Shown here piece after piece: positions 10,104 through 20,469 of a stretch of 55,056 nucleotides of DNA. Position 1 is the first letter of the stretch; each line of letters starts with the position of its first letter. Source of the DNA: Lentisphaeria bacterium. Its GTDB lineage: Bacteria > Verrucomicrobiota > Lentisphaeria > JABSQK01 > JAWLHB01. The DNA is taken from assembly GCA_041690595.1 (NCBI GenBank), contig JAWLHB010000053.1, positions 1 through 55,056 of the forward strand. The letters run 5' to 3'. Below the pieces are notes generated by a model. That model was given only the letters and a program-made list of their open reading frames with translations, ran no database searches and was not told the DNA's origin. A program made the translations under genes and the position numbers.

Positions 10104-13100
10104 CTAGAATCCCGCCCCTTTCGAGGGCGGCAGATTGATGAACAGGATCGCCCGGAAGTCTCGCGGCTGCACCGTCACGTTCAGCACATTGGCCATGTGC
10201 ATCGTCGTATGACCATTACGCGGATCGCCCAGCCGCGGCAGTTTCTCCACCTGCTCCGGAATGCTGATGGTGGTCAGCCCCTGCTCGTACGTCAGCGTCT
10301 CGAAATCCAGCAATTCCCGACTCTCACCGGCCGCCGGCATCGCCAGCAGATTCGGGAAATCCACCCACACGTTTGCCCGCTGCGGCTTGCGGTCATAGTT
10401 GGTTACGATCACCAGCAGCATCTTCTCCCCGCGGTACACCGCCGCGTCGATCAACTCCGGCCGGCTACGCACCTCAAAGAGCCCATTCGCCTGCCAGCTA
10501 GGGATAAACTGTGGCATGCCCCCGTTCATCTGCTTCAGGATGCGCCACTGGTTCGCCAGAAATGGCTTGTAGTTGATCCCCTGGAAAAACTCCACCCCAT
10601 GCACCAGCATCGTCGCCATTGCCGAACGATGCACCTTCATCGCCGCCGCTTCATCCGGATTCCCCAGCTCGTCCACATACGTCGCCGGCCGGAAATGGTA
10701 CAGGTGACTCAGCTTGTACCCCCACAGCGGCTGGTTGTACATCACCTCCATGAACTCCCGTGGATACATATCCATGAAGTCGCCCGCGCCCGGATTGTCG
10801 CCGCGCGGCGTCGCCATCTCTCCCCCCATCGCCAGATCCGCGAAGCCCATGATCGGCGCGAACTGATACCGCGTATTGTGGATGCAGATGCGGCTCGGAT
10901 CGCGACCGCTGACCTGAAAGACCGTCCGTATCCGCTTGATATGCTCCCGCATTCCCCACAGCGTATAGCCCGGCTGCACCCGACCATCCGGCAGCTCGTA
11001 CGCCGTACCGGCATGCGTGTTCCAGTTCAACCGGTTGAAGACGTTGTCGAAGTAATAGCCGTCCAGGCCCGCATCGTCGATCCAACGCTTCGTCCAGTAC
11101 AACAGATTGTCGTTCGACGAGTCGCAATGCACCACCTGGCCACCTTCCGCCGTCGACCGCCATTCCTCCAGGAAATACGCCCACTCCTCATCGAAGAGGT
11201 CTTTCGGGCTCATCTCCGTATACGGCGCATAGATCTCTCCATACTTGTGCGCCACCTCGATATACCGCTTGTTCAACGCCAGATTGTCCGGATAACGCCG
11301 CGCAAAGACCTTCGACTTCGTGACCTCCGGATCCCACCGGCCCGTCTCACGCAGATGCCCGAAGGTCGAGATCGAGCCGATATGCTCGCTGTACGGCCGT
11401 ACCGGGTTCACATTCAGCCCGAAGGTCAGGCGCCGCGGCGAGCTGATCTCCACCGGACCCGGCGCGATGTTCAGCACGATCTCCAGGCTCCCGTTCGCGG
11501 TGCGGACGATCTCACTGGCGGGCGCCTCATCACCCGGCCACCACCCCTCGTCGCTGTCCGCAAACCAGGTGATGCCGCTGTTCAGATTGCCCAGCCACAG
11601 GATCGGCACGAACGAGCCCACCGTCATCTTCTGATACGGCATCTCCGTCGATTGCCACACCGCTCCCACCCGCGGCTTCGCCGGCACCCGACCGGCCCGA
11701 TTCGACAACCGCATGCTCAACCCGTTGACCATGAAATGCGTCGCCGCTTCCTCCCGCAGCGGGATCACCAGCTGCAGCCGATCCAGCTTCGCCGGCAGCA
11801 GCGTCGCCACCACCTTGGCCGTACCATCGTACTCCCATTCGATCGTACTCTCCACCCGCAACGGTCCACCTTCCGCCGAACCCGCATAGCTCGCGCGCGT
11901 CCGCGATGCCGATTCCTGCTTCGGCGCAAGGGCCGACGGCGCGCTCTCGAAGTTCTTCCCGTCCGCGGATCCACGCCAGTAGATCGGCCGCGCCAGCAGA
12001 TCCACCCCTCCCGCTACGATCCTCGCCGGAAGTCCGCTCCCGTCGTGCACAATCTGCTTCCTGTACCCGTTCACCGTATTGCCGCGCACCTCCAGCGGCT
12101 CGAACGGCTTCAGCAAGATATCCTCCTCGCCGATCGCCGTTCCCAACCACGCAAAATCCTTCGCGTGATCCTTGCGCTCGAAGCTTGTCTGGTTGCTCGA
12201 CAGGACCCGCCCGTCTGCCCCCACCAGTTCCGCCCGGCAGGTATACTGCCCCGGCGCCAGATCCTCGGGCACATCCACCCGCCCTTCCGCCTTCTGATAC
12301 GTGAAGGTGCTCACCGCGCCCGAGCCCAACGCCTGCTTGTTCGAATCCTCGATCACAAACCGCGCCTTCGCCACCTCCTCCGCCTTTCCAAAATCGAACA
12401 TGTCCACCACCACTCGCACATAGTTCGAAAGCGGATTGTAGAAGCTCTGCAGCACAAATGGCGTTGGCTCCATCTCGAACGTCAACCCTTCCGGCACCGA
12501 CGGGTGCCCGTAGATGATCGGATAGCTCCACGTGTAGAGCGAGCGCTCACCGCGCAGCACCATGAAGCTGATCGTGTAGCTCGCCTCGTCCTTGATGGCC
12601 TCGCCCGCCGCCTCGTCGATTGCCAGCTCCGCCGTCGCCCCAGGCGCGATGCTCAGTGGGAACCGCTTCTCGAAAACCACCTCCGGCTTGCCCTGACGAC
12701 TTTTCCCCGTGAGCTGCGCCACAACCTCCACTTCCAGCGCTTCACCAAAGGTATTGCGGATGCTGAAATCGCCCCCCAGCCCCCGCACCTCGTGCGAACG
12801 CTGCACATTGTCGAAGCGGATCACCGGCGTCGTCTCCGCAAAAGTAGCCGGTATCTTCCACTGATAGAAGCCGCTGAAGCACCACGGCCGATGCAGATCC
12901 GTCGCCATGCCGATCCACCATACCTGCCCCGGCGACAGTGGCTCCCGCGCATACACCGTCGTCCGCGGGATCGCGATCTCCGCCTCCCAGTACTTCCCAT
13001 CCGGCGTCAACCGCTGCTTGTACGACCACTCCCCATCCCATCCCACGAAGTTCTGACCGATCTCGAACTGATCCTCACGATCCCACTGATTACCCACCGC

Positions 13101-13616
13101 GTTTCCCATGAATTGCCACCGGCAGCGCGACGCATGCGAACCCGTCCCTTGCAGGTCCACATACACCTCCACCGCATTCTCGTGCGGCTGTACATTGTCA
13201 TGCACCGGCTCACGATTCAGCCGAAGCAGCTTCTCCCCCTCGCGCAGGGGCAGCCGCTGCGCGAAATACATCGCCTCCTCATCCCAACCCACATAAAAGG
13301 TCGAACTGCGACGCGCGATCATGCCGAAGATGCCCGCCGCCATCGGCACCGTTATCGCCTCCGCCCACTCCTCCTCGTTCACCACTCCGTCGATCACTGG
13401 CCGCTTCCCCAGATGCGGAATCACAAACTGCGTCTGATTCGCCGCCACGCTGCCCGATTTTGCCTTCTGCGCCGTTGCCCGCGCCGCGGCCAACGCTTTC
13501 TCTGCCGTCGCCTGCTGTTGTCGCAAGGCTTCCACCTGCGCCTCCAGCTCCGCTACGCTCTGTCCGCGCACCCCAAGGCTCAACACCAGCACAAGACACA
13601 TGAGTAGGCGTCGCAT
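10104..13616 (-). CDS. Large secreted glycoside-hydrolase-like protein (coiled coil + CBM9-like + DUF6067-like core), paralog 1
   Basis: Start reassigned to MRRLLMCLV, which overlaps the upstream stop (TAATG). PVIDGVVNEEEW is CBM9-like. Core motifs LKPFEP, GITWFAD, FGLNVNPVRP, GYYFDN, IHNT. Confidence 0.72.
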   Translation of the reverse strand: MRRLLMCLVLVLSLGVRGQSVAELEAQVEALRQQQATAEKALAAARATAQKAKSGSVAANQTQFVIPHLGKRPVIDGVVNEEEWAEAITVPMAAGIFGMIARRSSTFYVGWDEEAMYFAQRLPLREGEKLLRLNREPVHDNVQPHENAVEVYVDLQGTGSHASRCRWQFMGNAVGNQWDREDQFEIGQNFVGWDGEWSYKQRLTPDGKYWEAEIAIPRTTVYAREPLSPGQVWWIGMATDLHRPWCFSGFYQWKIPATFAETTPVIRFDNVQRSHEVRGLGGDFSIRNTFGEALEVEVVAQLTGKSRQGKPEVVFEKRFPLSIAPGATAELAIDEAAGEAIKDEASYTISFMVLRGERSLYTWSYPIIYGHPSVPEGLTFEMEPTPFVLQSFYNPLSNYVRVVVDMFDFGKAEEVAKARFVIEDSNKQALGSGAVSTFTYQKAEGRVDVPEDLAPGQYTCRAELVGADGRVLSSNQTSFERKDHAKDFAWLGTAIGEEDILLKPFEPLEVRGNTVNGYRKQIVHDGSGLPARIVAGGVDLLARPIYWRGSADGKNFESAPSALAPKQESASRTRASYAGSAEGGPLRVESTIEWEYDGTAKVVATLLPAKLDRLQLVIPLREEAATHFMVNGLSMRLSNRAGRVPAKPRVGAVWQSTEMPYQKMTVGSFVPILWLGNLNSGITWFADSDEGWWPGDEAPASEIVRTANGSLEIVLNIAPGPVEISSPRRLTFGLNVNPVRPYSEHIGSISTFGHLRETGRWDPEVTKSKVFARRYPDNLALNKRYIEVAHKYGEIYAPYTEMSPKDLFDEEWAYFLEEWRSTAEGGQVVHCDSSNDNLLYWTKRWIDDAGLDGYYFDNVFNRLNWNTHAGTAYELPDGRVQPGYTLWGMREHIKRIRTVFQVSGRDPSRICIHNTRYQFAPIMGFADLAMGGEMATPRGDNPGAGDFMDMYPREFMEVMYNQPLWGYKLSHLYHFRPATYVDELGNPDEAAAMKVHRSAMATMLVHGVEFFQGINYKPFLANQWRILKQMNGGMPQFIPSWQANGLFEVRSRPELIDAAVYRGEKMLLVIVTNYDRKPQRANVWVDFPNLLAMPAAGESRELLDFETLTYEQGLTTISIPEQVEKLPRLGDPRNGHTTMHMANVLNVTVQPRDFRAILFINLPPSKGAGF

Positions 13617-14332
13617 TATTGAAGAATCCTCCAGTACTTGTTGTTCGGCGCGCTGTAAACCGATGTCGTCCAGCTCCGAATTGTCGTTTCCGTTATATAG
13701 GCCACATGCCCGTCCATGAACAGCAGGTTCATGCCTGAAAAATGATGCGGATAGAATGACGAACCATGGTCCGGCCAGATGTTGCTGACCGCATAGCGCC
13801 ACCCGTTGCCATTTCGCGATGGCGCATACCATTCATCAGAACGCCCCGTCCCGTCTCCCCCATAAATCATCGTTTCGGAATTCCTCACCCGCGTATACTT
13901 GTGCCATGACTTCCACAGATCCGTCCCGTTGATCGCGATCGTCTGGCACCAGTACATGTTGTTCGCGAAATTCGGATCGAATGGATCGCGGATCGTCTTC
14001 ACCCGCGCATGATTCGCCGTTCCCACGTCCCGCGAGCTTGGGCAGACCCACAGCGTCCCGTTGTTGCCCGTATGCGGCATCAAGCGTTGCACCCACGAGA
14101 TATCTTCCGCATTCCACGGCGGGATGAAATCATCCTCCTCGCTCGTGTACAGCACCAGTGCTAACCCGATCTGCTTCTGATTCGCCACGCAGCTCGTCTG
14201 CTTCGCCCGATCACGCGCCCGGCTCAAAGCCGGCAGTAGCAACGACGCCAGAATGGCTATGATCGCCACCACCACCAGCAACTCGATCAGCGTGAAGCTC
14301 ATCCCGCCACGGTTTTGCTTTTCTGTCTTCAT
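13616..14332 (-). CDS. Prepilin-type N-terminal cleavage/methylation protein with H-X9-DG motif (DUF1559-like)
   Basis: [29 protein letters not shown]...C..NQKQIG...CPS...[23 protein letters not shown] before MKTEK. Confidence 0.9.
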   Translation of the reverse strand: MKTEKQNRGGMSFTLIELLVVVAIIAILASLLLPALSRARDRAKQTSCVANQKQIGLALVLYTSEEDDFIPPWNAEDISWVQRLMPHTGNNGTLWVCPSSRDVGTANHARVKTIRDPFDPNFANNMYWCQTIAINGTDLWKSWHKYTRVRNSETMIYGGDGTGRSDEWYAPSRNGNGWRYAVSNIWPDHGSSFYPHHFSGMNLLFMDGHVAYITETTIRSWTTSVYSAPNNKYWRILQ

Positions 14333-14348
14333 CCTGCTCTCCTCCGCT

Positions 14349-15833
14349 TTATAGGCTGACTGACTCTGCTGTTGCCGCTTGCTGTCGTATCGCCTGTGCC
14401 CGGCTGAAGAACCGCGCCTTCCGGGCAATATTGCTCTGCATCTGTTCTACGCTGATCTCCCCTTCCTGCCAGCGTACCATCTCCTGCCACACCAGATTGT
14501 TCTCGAAATCGCTCAATCGCGGCTCCGGGCTCCTCCCGCAGATCCCCACCTCCAGTGCCGCATCGAAAACCCCATGCAGCGAGCGCGTCGGATCCCGCCG
14601 CGTATAGCAGCGATTCGCTACCCGGTTCGCCGTCAGCCTCCCCAGCGAAGCATAGCGGCACTGCATCTCCTGGCTCCCGATCCAGTTCAGCAGATCCCGG
14701 CATTCCTCAGGGTAGGGCGTCGCCGATGAGATCACCGCGACGTGGCTGTTGATATGCCCCCGGCCCCCAGGCAGAACCAGCGCCGGCACCACCTGCCACA
14801 GCAACTCCCGGTGTTCGTCAAAACGGTCCAACCAGGATGACGAGCCCATGATCGACAGCGTCTGACCGCGCAGGAAGGGCTCGAAGCGCTCCGGATATCC
14901 GACCGCACCCGTGCGATAAAAGATCCGGGGGTTACGATAGTACGGCTCCAGCCGGTGCAGCGCCTCTGCTTCCGCCTTGCTCGGATGATGCAACATCTCC
15001 TGCATCGACCGCCCATTGTCTACGCCCAGCAGCATCGCCAGTTGATACAATTGGTGGACGTTCAGCCCCGCCGCCGCCACGCCATCCGGAAGATCGCCTG
15101 CCGCCTCCTCCGCCGCCTGGCACCAGGCCAGCAGATCCCCCGCACCATCCTCTCCCGTCAGCGGCTGAGGATGCGCCGTATTGATGTAGTGGCACACGAT
15201 GCTGGTCGCCAACGGTACGCCCAACGTCGCATCTCCCTTTCGCAGAAGCTCCCGTACCCCTCCGTACCACTCACTTGTGTCCACCGAAAGATCCCCGATC
15301 TCCGCCGTGTCGAAGATGTAGCCACGCTCAACGTAGGTGTCCAGATGCAGCAGCGGAACCTGGAAGATGTCCAAGTCGAAACTTGCCAGATGCGCTTCCA
15401 GATCCTGGCACTCACGCACCTCCACCAACTCGATCTCTATCTCCGGATGCTGCCGTTGATGCCCAGACACCAACTCATCGTACCAGCCGCGCAACAGGGG
15501 TAATTCCGACAGCACCCCCATCCGCACCTTGCGCTTGCCCGTCGACTCGTTGCTCCACCGGTAAACATCCCACGGTACAAGATCTCCTTCCCGGCTCGAC
15601 GACGGCAGCTTACGCACAAAGGTCCCCTTGCCCGGTACGGTCTCCAGCACCCCTTCCTCCGCCAGATCGCGGATCGCCCGCTGCATCGATATCCGCCCAA
15701 CCTCCAACAGCCGGTGCAGCCGATTCAAACCCGGCAACGACGCCCCCACCGCCAGCTCATGCTGCTGGATATACCCAATCAACCGCTCACGCGCCAAGGC
15801 ATAATCCGTCTTCGGTTGCCTGCTCGCCGCCAT
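14349..15833 (-). CDS. GntR-family regulator fused to an extracellular-solute-binding (ABC sugar SBP-like) domain
   Basis: N-terminal winged HTH (LPG...[21 protein letters not shown]). C-terminal SBP-like motifs ([30 protein letters not shown]). No signal peptide. GGAGG RBS. Confidence 0.82.
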   Translation of the reverse strand: MAASRQPKTDYALARERLIGYIQQHELAVGASLPGLNRLHRLLEVGRISMQRAIRDLAEEGVLETVPGKGTFVRKLPSSSREGDLVPWDVYRWSNESTGKRKVRMGVLSELPLLRGWYDELVSGHQRQHPEIEIELVEVRECQDLEAHLASFDLDIFQVPLLHLDTYVERGYIFDTAEIGDLSVDTSEWYGGVRELLRKGDATLGVPLATSIVCHYINTAHPQPLTGEDGAGDLLAWCQAAEEAAGDLPDGVAAAGLNVHQLYQLAMLLGVDNGRSMQEMLHHPSKAEAEALHRLEPYYRNPRIFYRTGAVGYPERFEPFLRGQTLSIMGSSSWLDRFDEHRELLWQVVPALVLPGGRGHINSHVAVISSATPYPEECRDLLNWIGSQEMQCRYASLGRLTANRVANRCYTRRDPTRSLHGVFDAALEVGICGRSPEPRLSDFENNLVWQEMVRWQEGEISVEQMQSNIARKARFFSRAQAIRQQAATAESVSL

Positions 15834-15859
15834 TCAACTGCACCTCCGTAATCACTGTA

Positions 15860-15887
15860 ATATTATGAAGCCATCCAGCCCTGTCAA
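15860..15887 (-). promoter_or_regulatory. Putative sigma70 promoter for the GntR-SBP operon
   Basis: Minus-strand TTGACA (15887-15882), 16-nt spacer, TAATAT (15865-15860), in an AT-rich patch just upstream of the RBS. Confidence 0.55.
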
Positions 15888-16021
15888 GCCAGCACTGCAT
15901 TTTCTTGCCGACTCTCTCCGCTGCCCCTTGCGCTCACAAATGTTGTTCTTGTTTTTGGCATCTGCCTCATCGTGGCTATATTGACTCATTCCCTGTCCAA
16001 ACCTGCACAAGTACGGAGAGT

Positions 16022-17392
16022 ATGATGAAGTCCACCCATGTGTATGCGATCGCGAGCATTCTGCTGACCACCTCCCTGGCTTTGCTGGTCGGCGTCGGCT
16101 GCGGAGGAAGTGACAAGGCTCAGTCCAACTCCGGGAAGACCTCGCGCTCGTCAGCCCCCCAGGCTCAGATTTCCGTACCCGCCATGGAAGGTGGACCAGC
16201 CGTCGATTCCACCTTTGACGAAGTCGCTCAGCACCTTAACGCCGGCGGCAACTTCTACATGTATCTTTCCACCGAAAACGCCATGACCCGGCTCCTTGCC
16301 ACCTTGGCATCCTTCGAGAACCTGCTCGTACAGCAGATTCCCGATCCGACCGAAGCCCAGAAGGTGAAGAACGGCATGGATCTCGCCCGTAGCTTCGTCC
16401 AGACCAGCGGACTCCAGGAGCTCTCCGGTATCGGCGCCAGCAGCTTCCCCATGACCGAGAATATCACCCACAGCAAGTTTGTCCTCTATCATGCTCCTGG
16501 ACAAGACAAAGGAAAACTCTGGCAGCTCCTCGGCCGGCAGCCACACTCCCTCGATACCCTCGCCATGATGCCGGAAGACACCGTCCTCGCCGGCTACATT
16601 GACCTCGATCTCAACCTCGGCATTCAGTGGCTGCGCAATTTAGCCGAGAGCAGCAATATCCCCGAGCTTGCCCAGGTCGTTGCCGAATTCGACCGCCAGA
16701 GCCAGCAAGCCGGCTTGAACATCAACGAAATCCTCAACTCCACCGACGGCGGCTTTGGCTTTGCCATCCAGTTCAGCCAGACCCAAACCATCTCCGTGCC
16801 GATCGGCACCGAGATGCAGATCCCTTCCCCATCTTTCTTCCTCTTCACCCGCGTCAAAGACGATGGCCTCTACAAGCGCATCGATGCGCTCGCCAAGCAA
16901 CGCGTCGAGGGCATGATGCCCCTGACCCGCGACGTCAAGGAGGGCAACCAGATGCTCATGGTACCTCAACCCCTCTTCTTCGGTCTGCAACCCGCCGTCC
17001 TCCAGACCAGCGCTTATCTCTTCATCGGCTCACACCCGGGCGTCCTCCAGAAAGTCGCCGCCGTCTCAAATGGTGCCTCACAAAGCAAGACCCTGCGCGA
17101 CACCGACGAGTTCAAGCTGCTCTCACGCAACATTCCCCAGGTAGGGAATCAGTGGTTCTACACTAGCAGGCGCTTCGGCGATACCGTCCAGAAAGTGCAG
17201 GCAAGAATTATCGAACAGCAACAGCAGATGCGTCAGCAGCAGCAGCAGGCCGGCGCCACTACCACGCCCCCGCCTGACAGCAAAAGCTGGGCCGATATGA
17301 TGGAAAAATTCAACCGCAGCGTCAGCAGCCTCGGCGTCATCCAGGTCACCGACGAAGGCATCATCGCCTACTCCAACACCCGTATCGAGTAA
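16022..17392 (+). CDS. Putative lipoprotein of unknown function
   Basis: MMKSTH start, hydrophobic stretch and lipobox-like GVGC. Coding-like codon bias and a Gln-rich segment near the C-terminus. Confidence 0.7.
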   Translation: MMKSTHVYAIASILLTTSLALLVGVGCGGSDKAQSNSGKTSRSSAPQAQISVPAMEGGPAVDSTFDEVAQHLNAGGNFYMYLSTENAMTRLLATLASFENLLVQQIPDPTEAQKVKNGMDLARSFVQTSGLQELSGIGASSFPMTENITHSKFVLYHAPGQDKGKLWQLLGRQPHSLDTLAMMPEDTVLAGYIDLDLNLGIQWLRNLAESSNIPELAQVVAEFDRQSQQAGLNINEILNSTDGGFGFAIQFSQTQTISVPIGTEMQIPSPSFFLFTRVKDDGLYKRIDALAKQRVEGMMPLTRDVKEGNQMLMVPQPLFFGLQPAVLQTSAYLFIGSHPGVLQKVAAVSNGASQSKTLRDTDEFKLLSRNIPQVGNQWFYTSRRFGDTVQKVQARIIEQQQQMRQQQQQAGATTTPPPDSKSWADMMEKFNRSVSSLGVIQVTDEGIIAYSNTRIE

Positions 17393-17500
17393 CCCGCGCC
17401 CCCTGGGCACGCCACTCGCCTGAGTGGCCCCGGCGTTGCACGTTGCCAACTCCCGCGCACCCTGGGCACGCCACTCGCCTGAGTGGCCACTCGCGCTCCC
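17393..17500 (+). repeat. Two tandem REP-like copies between convergent genes
   Basis: Hairpins GCCACTC-GCCT-GAGTGGC at 17411-17428 and 17470-17487. Confidence 0.9.
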
Positions 17501-17519
17501 GGCAATCCCACGTCCGCTT

Positions 17520-18755
17520 CTATCCCTGCGCGACGCGCATGGCGATGCGGGCCCACTCGAAGAGGCGCTCCGGCGTATAGCGGACGGTGCTGATGTCCTT
17601 GAGGATGAACTCGAGCGGGCAGCCGTACTTCCTGCAATAGCCAGCGATCTCGCTCAATTCCCTCCGGACCAGCTCGCTGTCGAAGCTGTCCATCGCCACA
17701 TGCGCCGGATTGGGCTTGCTCGAAAAAACGAAGTCACCGCCGATCTCCGCGGCGCCACGCTCCTGCTTCACCCACGGGCTCATGGAGACCTTGCGGACCT
17801 TGGGGATCTGCCGCACCGCCGCCATCTTGCCATCCAGCGGATCGCAGCAGCCGTAGTAGACGAGGCCGAACCGCTCGCAGATGCGGCTCGCGTAGTCGAC
17901 CTCGAACTCCTTGAACATCGCCGGGGAGACCGTCGAGAACATCTGCGCCAGGCCGAACATCCAGAGATCCTTCGTGCGCGGTTTCCGCGGGTCGAAGCCC
18001 GGGGCGGGCAGCTCATCCGTGTAGGCCCCGGTGCAGTGGATGAGGCTCTGCTGGCTGCACAGGAGCCCTTGCTCCTCCAGTTGATCCAGCATGACCATAT
18101 AGCCGTCGGTGACGCGGCCAACCAGCCGGTGCATGTAATCCGGCCTGTCGATCAGCGTATACAGGGCGTTCTGCACCCCCATCCAGGTGCTGATCGGGTC
18201 CCACAGCGAAAGGTACGGATCCGCCCCCTGCTCATGAATCTCCAGTATCCCATCGAACAACTCGTGGGCGAAGGCCAGACGCCGCGCCGTCTCGCCTGCA
18301 TCGTGGCTGACCCGAGGCATGGCGATCTTCGCCAGATCCTCCTCCGTCTGAAACTGATTCTCGAACATATGCCCAACTACCGAATTGGTGGGATCACTGA
18401 TCGCCGTCTTCTCGTGCACCCGTATCCCGAAGCCGCTGTTGAGGATCGCCTTCGGCACGCGAATGAAGGGCTCCACCACCATGTCGACGGGAAAGTGCCG
18501 CCACTGAAAAAGGGTCCTCCGCAGGCTCCATTCGTAGCCGCGACACTCTTCGTCGGTGCAGCGCAGCGTCAACTCGTCATCGACATTCATCTCGTTCCAG
18601 CAGACCTGGTCGATCATCACCATCGGCCGTTCGGGCTGAAGCGCATTCAGCTTGCGCCAGAGAGCGCGCTTCTCCTCCTGCACCGGCAGCGCCGCTATCT
18701 CCGCCACCCGCGCTCCCAACTCACGCACGTGCTCCACATCCATTCTGCTTGGCAT
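17520..18755 (-). CDS. Uroporphyrinogen-decarboxylase-like (URO-D/methyltransferase TIM barrel) protein
   Basis: Motifs WMGVQNALYTLIDRPD, VSPAMFKEF, YYGCCDPLD, KVSMSPW, FSSKPNP. Start may be GTG 18773 or ATG 18755. Confidence 0.65.
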   Translation of the reverse strand: MPSRMDVEHVRELGARVAEIAALPVQEEKRALWRKLNALQPERPMVMIDQVCWNEMNVDDELTLRCTDEECRGYEWSLRRTLFQWRHFPVDMVVEPFIRVPKAILNSGFGIRVHEKTAISDPTNSVVGHMFENQFQTEEDLAKIAMPRVSHDAGETARRLAFAHELFDGILEIHEQGADPYLSLWDPISTWMGVQNALYTLIDRPDYMHRLVGRVTDGYMVMLDQLEEQGLLCSQQSLIHCTGAYTDELPAPGFDPRKPRTKDLWMFGLAQMFSTVSPAMFKEFEVDYASRICERFGLVYYGCCDPLDGKMAAVRQIPKVRKVSMSPWVKQERGAAEIGGDFVFSSKPNPAHVAMDSFDSELVRRELSEIAGYCRKYGCPLEFILKDISTVRYTPERLFEWARIAMRVAQG

Positions 18756-18797
18756 GCTCGTCTCCCCCTTCACCTGTTTTGTCGTCCTGCAAGATGG

Positions 18798-19670
18798 TCA
18801 GCTTCCATAAAATGGCTGGCTCCATGCGATTTTTGAACCACTGATCGCCTCCACCCGAAAATAGGTCAGGCCGCTCACGACCGGCCACCGCAGCTCTCCA
18901 CCCTCTCCCTCGGCCAGCGCCTTGCCGCCCGGCCCGATGACCCGGATACGCGTGTTGCCCTGAATCGTCATCACATGCAGCAACCCCTCCTCCAAGGTCA
19001 ACCGCTCGAAAGCCGGATAGGTCGAGGCGTAAAAGGCTCCGCGCTTCATCTGGTCGACCAGCAGCTTCCAGCTCACCTCCGCCTCCTCCGGCACCTGCAC
19101 CTGGATCCAGCCATGGCCCGGGGTGATGTACTGAAAATGAAAGTCGTCGCTGGCGACTGCCCACAGCCTCGCCCCCTCCGTCAGCAGTTCGTCCCACAAC
19201 CTGAGGTTTGCCGACTCATCGGTGCCCCGTGCCTCCCGCAAGCCGTTGTAGATCTCGACCGCATGCAGCGACTTTGCTCCCCGGCGGATACTCTCCGCCC
19301 CATGCGCATACTCCTGAGGATGACAGCCGATGATGAAGCCGCCCCGTTCCCGGAAGTCGCGCGCCCGCTCCGCGTAATCATCGGAAGCCGTCTCCTGTAG
19401 CTCATGTACGCCCAGCTCGATGATGTGGTCGGTCATCCCATTCTCGACCCCTGGCACCACGACCAGCCCCGCCTCTCGACTCCAGCGCTCGATCTGTCCG
19501 GCGTCATGTGTCTTGTTGTGGTCGGTCACCGCCAGAAATCCATAGCCAAGTGCCGCATAAATCCCGCCGCTCTCCGCCAGATCCCGATAAGGGCCGCAGC
19601 AGGTGTGCGCATGGATGTTGCCACGCAGCCAGCGCCTCGACTCACCGTACGGATTCTGGTAACTGGGCAT
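18798..19670 (-). CDS. PHP-domain metallohydrolase (CehA/McbA-like)
   Basis: Metal-binding motifs LRGNIHAHT, AVTDHN, GVE, CHP, EIYN, ASDDFH. Confidence 0.8.
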   Translation of the reverse strand: MPSYQNPYGESRRWLRGNIHAHTCCGPYRDLAESGGIYAALGYGFLAVTDHNKTHDAGQIERWSREAGLVVVPGVENGMTDHIIELGVHELQETASDDYAERARDFRERGGFIIGCHPQEYAHGAESIRRGAKSLHAVEIYNGLREARGTDESANLRLWDELLTEGARLWAVASDDFHFQYITPGHGWIQVQVPEEAEVSWKLLVDQMKRGAFYASTYPAFERLTLEEGLLHVMTIQGNTRIRVIGPGGKALAEGEGGELRWPVVSGLTYFRVEAISGSKIAWSQPFYGS

Positions 19671-19678
19671 GGACGACT

Positions 19679-20422
19679 TCACCATTCACCCTGCCTGCCG
19701 AACTTCTCCCGGGCCGCTTTGCTGAATGCGGCACCGGCTGCCTCCATCCCGTCCAGAATCTGCTCCACGCTCTTCCCCGCGCCCCCGCGTCCCACCGGTA
19801 TCACCGTCCTGCACTCGTTGCTGTCCATGAAGCGCGCTGCTTCCAGAAGCCTTCCTTCGTCCTCTTCCGGAATGACGATGAAGCCATGCTTGTCCGCGTG
19901 GATCAGTTGACCTGGCCGGATAACCCGGCCGAAGACCTCCACCTCGCAGCCCCACCGCACCGGCGTGACGAACGCATGCCCCACGCACAGACGCCGCGCC
20001 AGCGCCTTGAAGCCCGCATTGTTCATCTCGTCCAGATCCCGTATCCCACCATCCGTGATCGTGCCGACGCAGCCGAGCGACCGATGAATGTTGCTGTTGA
20101 CCTCGCCCCAGCCCGTTCCGTGGACCCGCGGCTTGTCCAGATCCTGCACTACCACGATCTTCGGCCCGGAAATCGAGCCAATGTACCGCCGATACTCGTT
20201 CCACCCATTCGGATTCCGGCGCGCGTGGTCGGGATTGCTCGGCTCCCACTGCACCGTGACCGCATAGCCGACCATGGGCCCCATGTGCGGCATGAAATCC
20301 CGCGTCTCTTCGAGGTTGATCCCTTCCAGCGCCGCATTGTGGCTGGTGATCTGTTCCCAACCGTTGAAGATGGTCGGCGTATTCCAGCGTTTCAGTTCCA
20401 GCAGATCAGCATGATCGAGCAT
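19679..20422 (-). CDS. RraA-family protein (HMG aldolase / demethylmenaquinone-methyltransferase-like fold)
   Basis: Motifs GPMVGYAVT, WGEVN, GTITDGGIRD, PGQLIHADKHG. GAGGAG RBS before MLDHAD. Confidence 0.85.
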   Translation of the reverse strand: MLDHADLLELKRWNTPTIFNGWEQITSHNAALEGINLEETRDFMPHMGPMVGYAVTVQWEPSNPDHARRNPNGWNEYRRYIGSISGPKIVVVQDLDKPRVHGTGWGEVNSNIHRSLGCVGTITDGGIRDLDEMNNAGFKALARRLCVGHAFVTPVRWGCEVEVFGRVIRPGQLIHADKHGFIVIPEEDEGRLLEAARFMDSNECRTVIPVGRGGAGKSVEQILDGMEAAGAAFSKAAREKFGRQGEW

Positions 20423-20469
20423 GATACTCCTCGGCTTGGGTTTGCGGTCATGATGGACGTCGAATAGCC

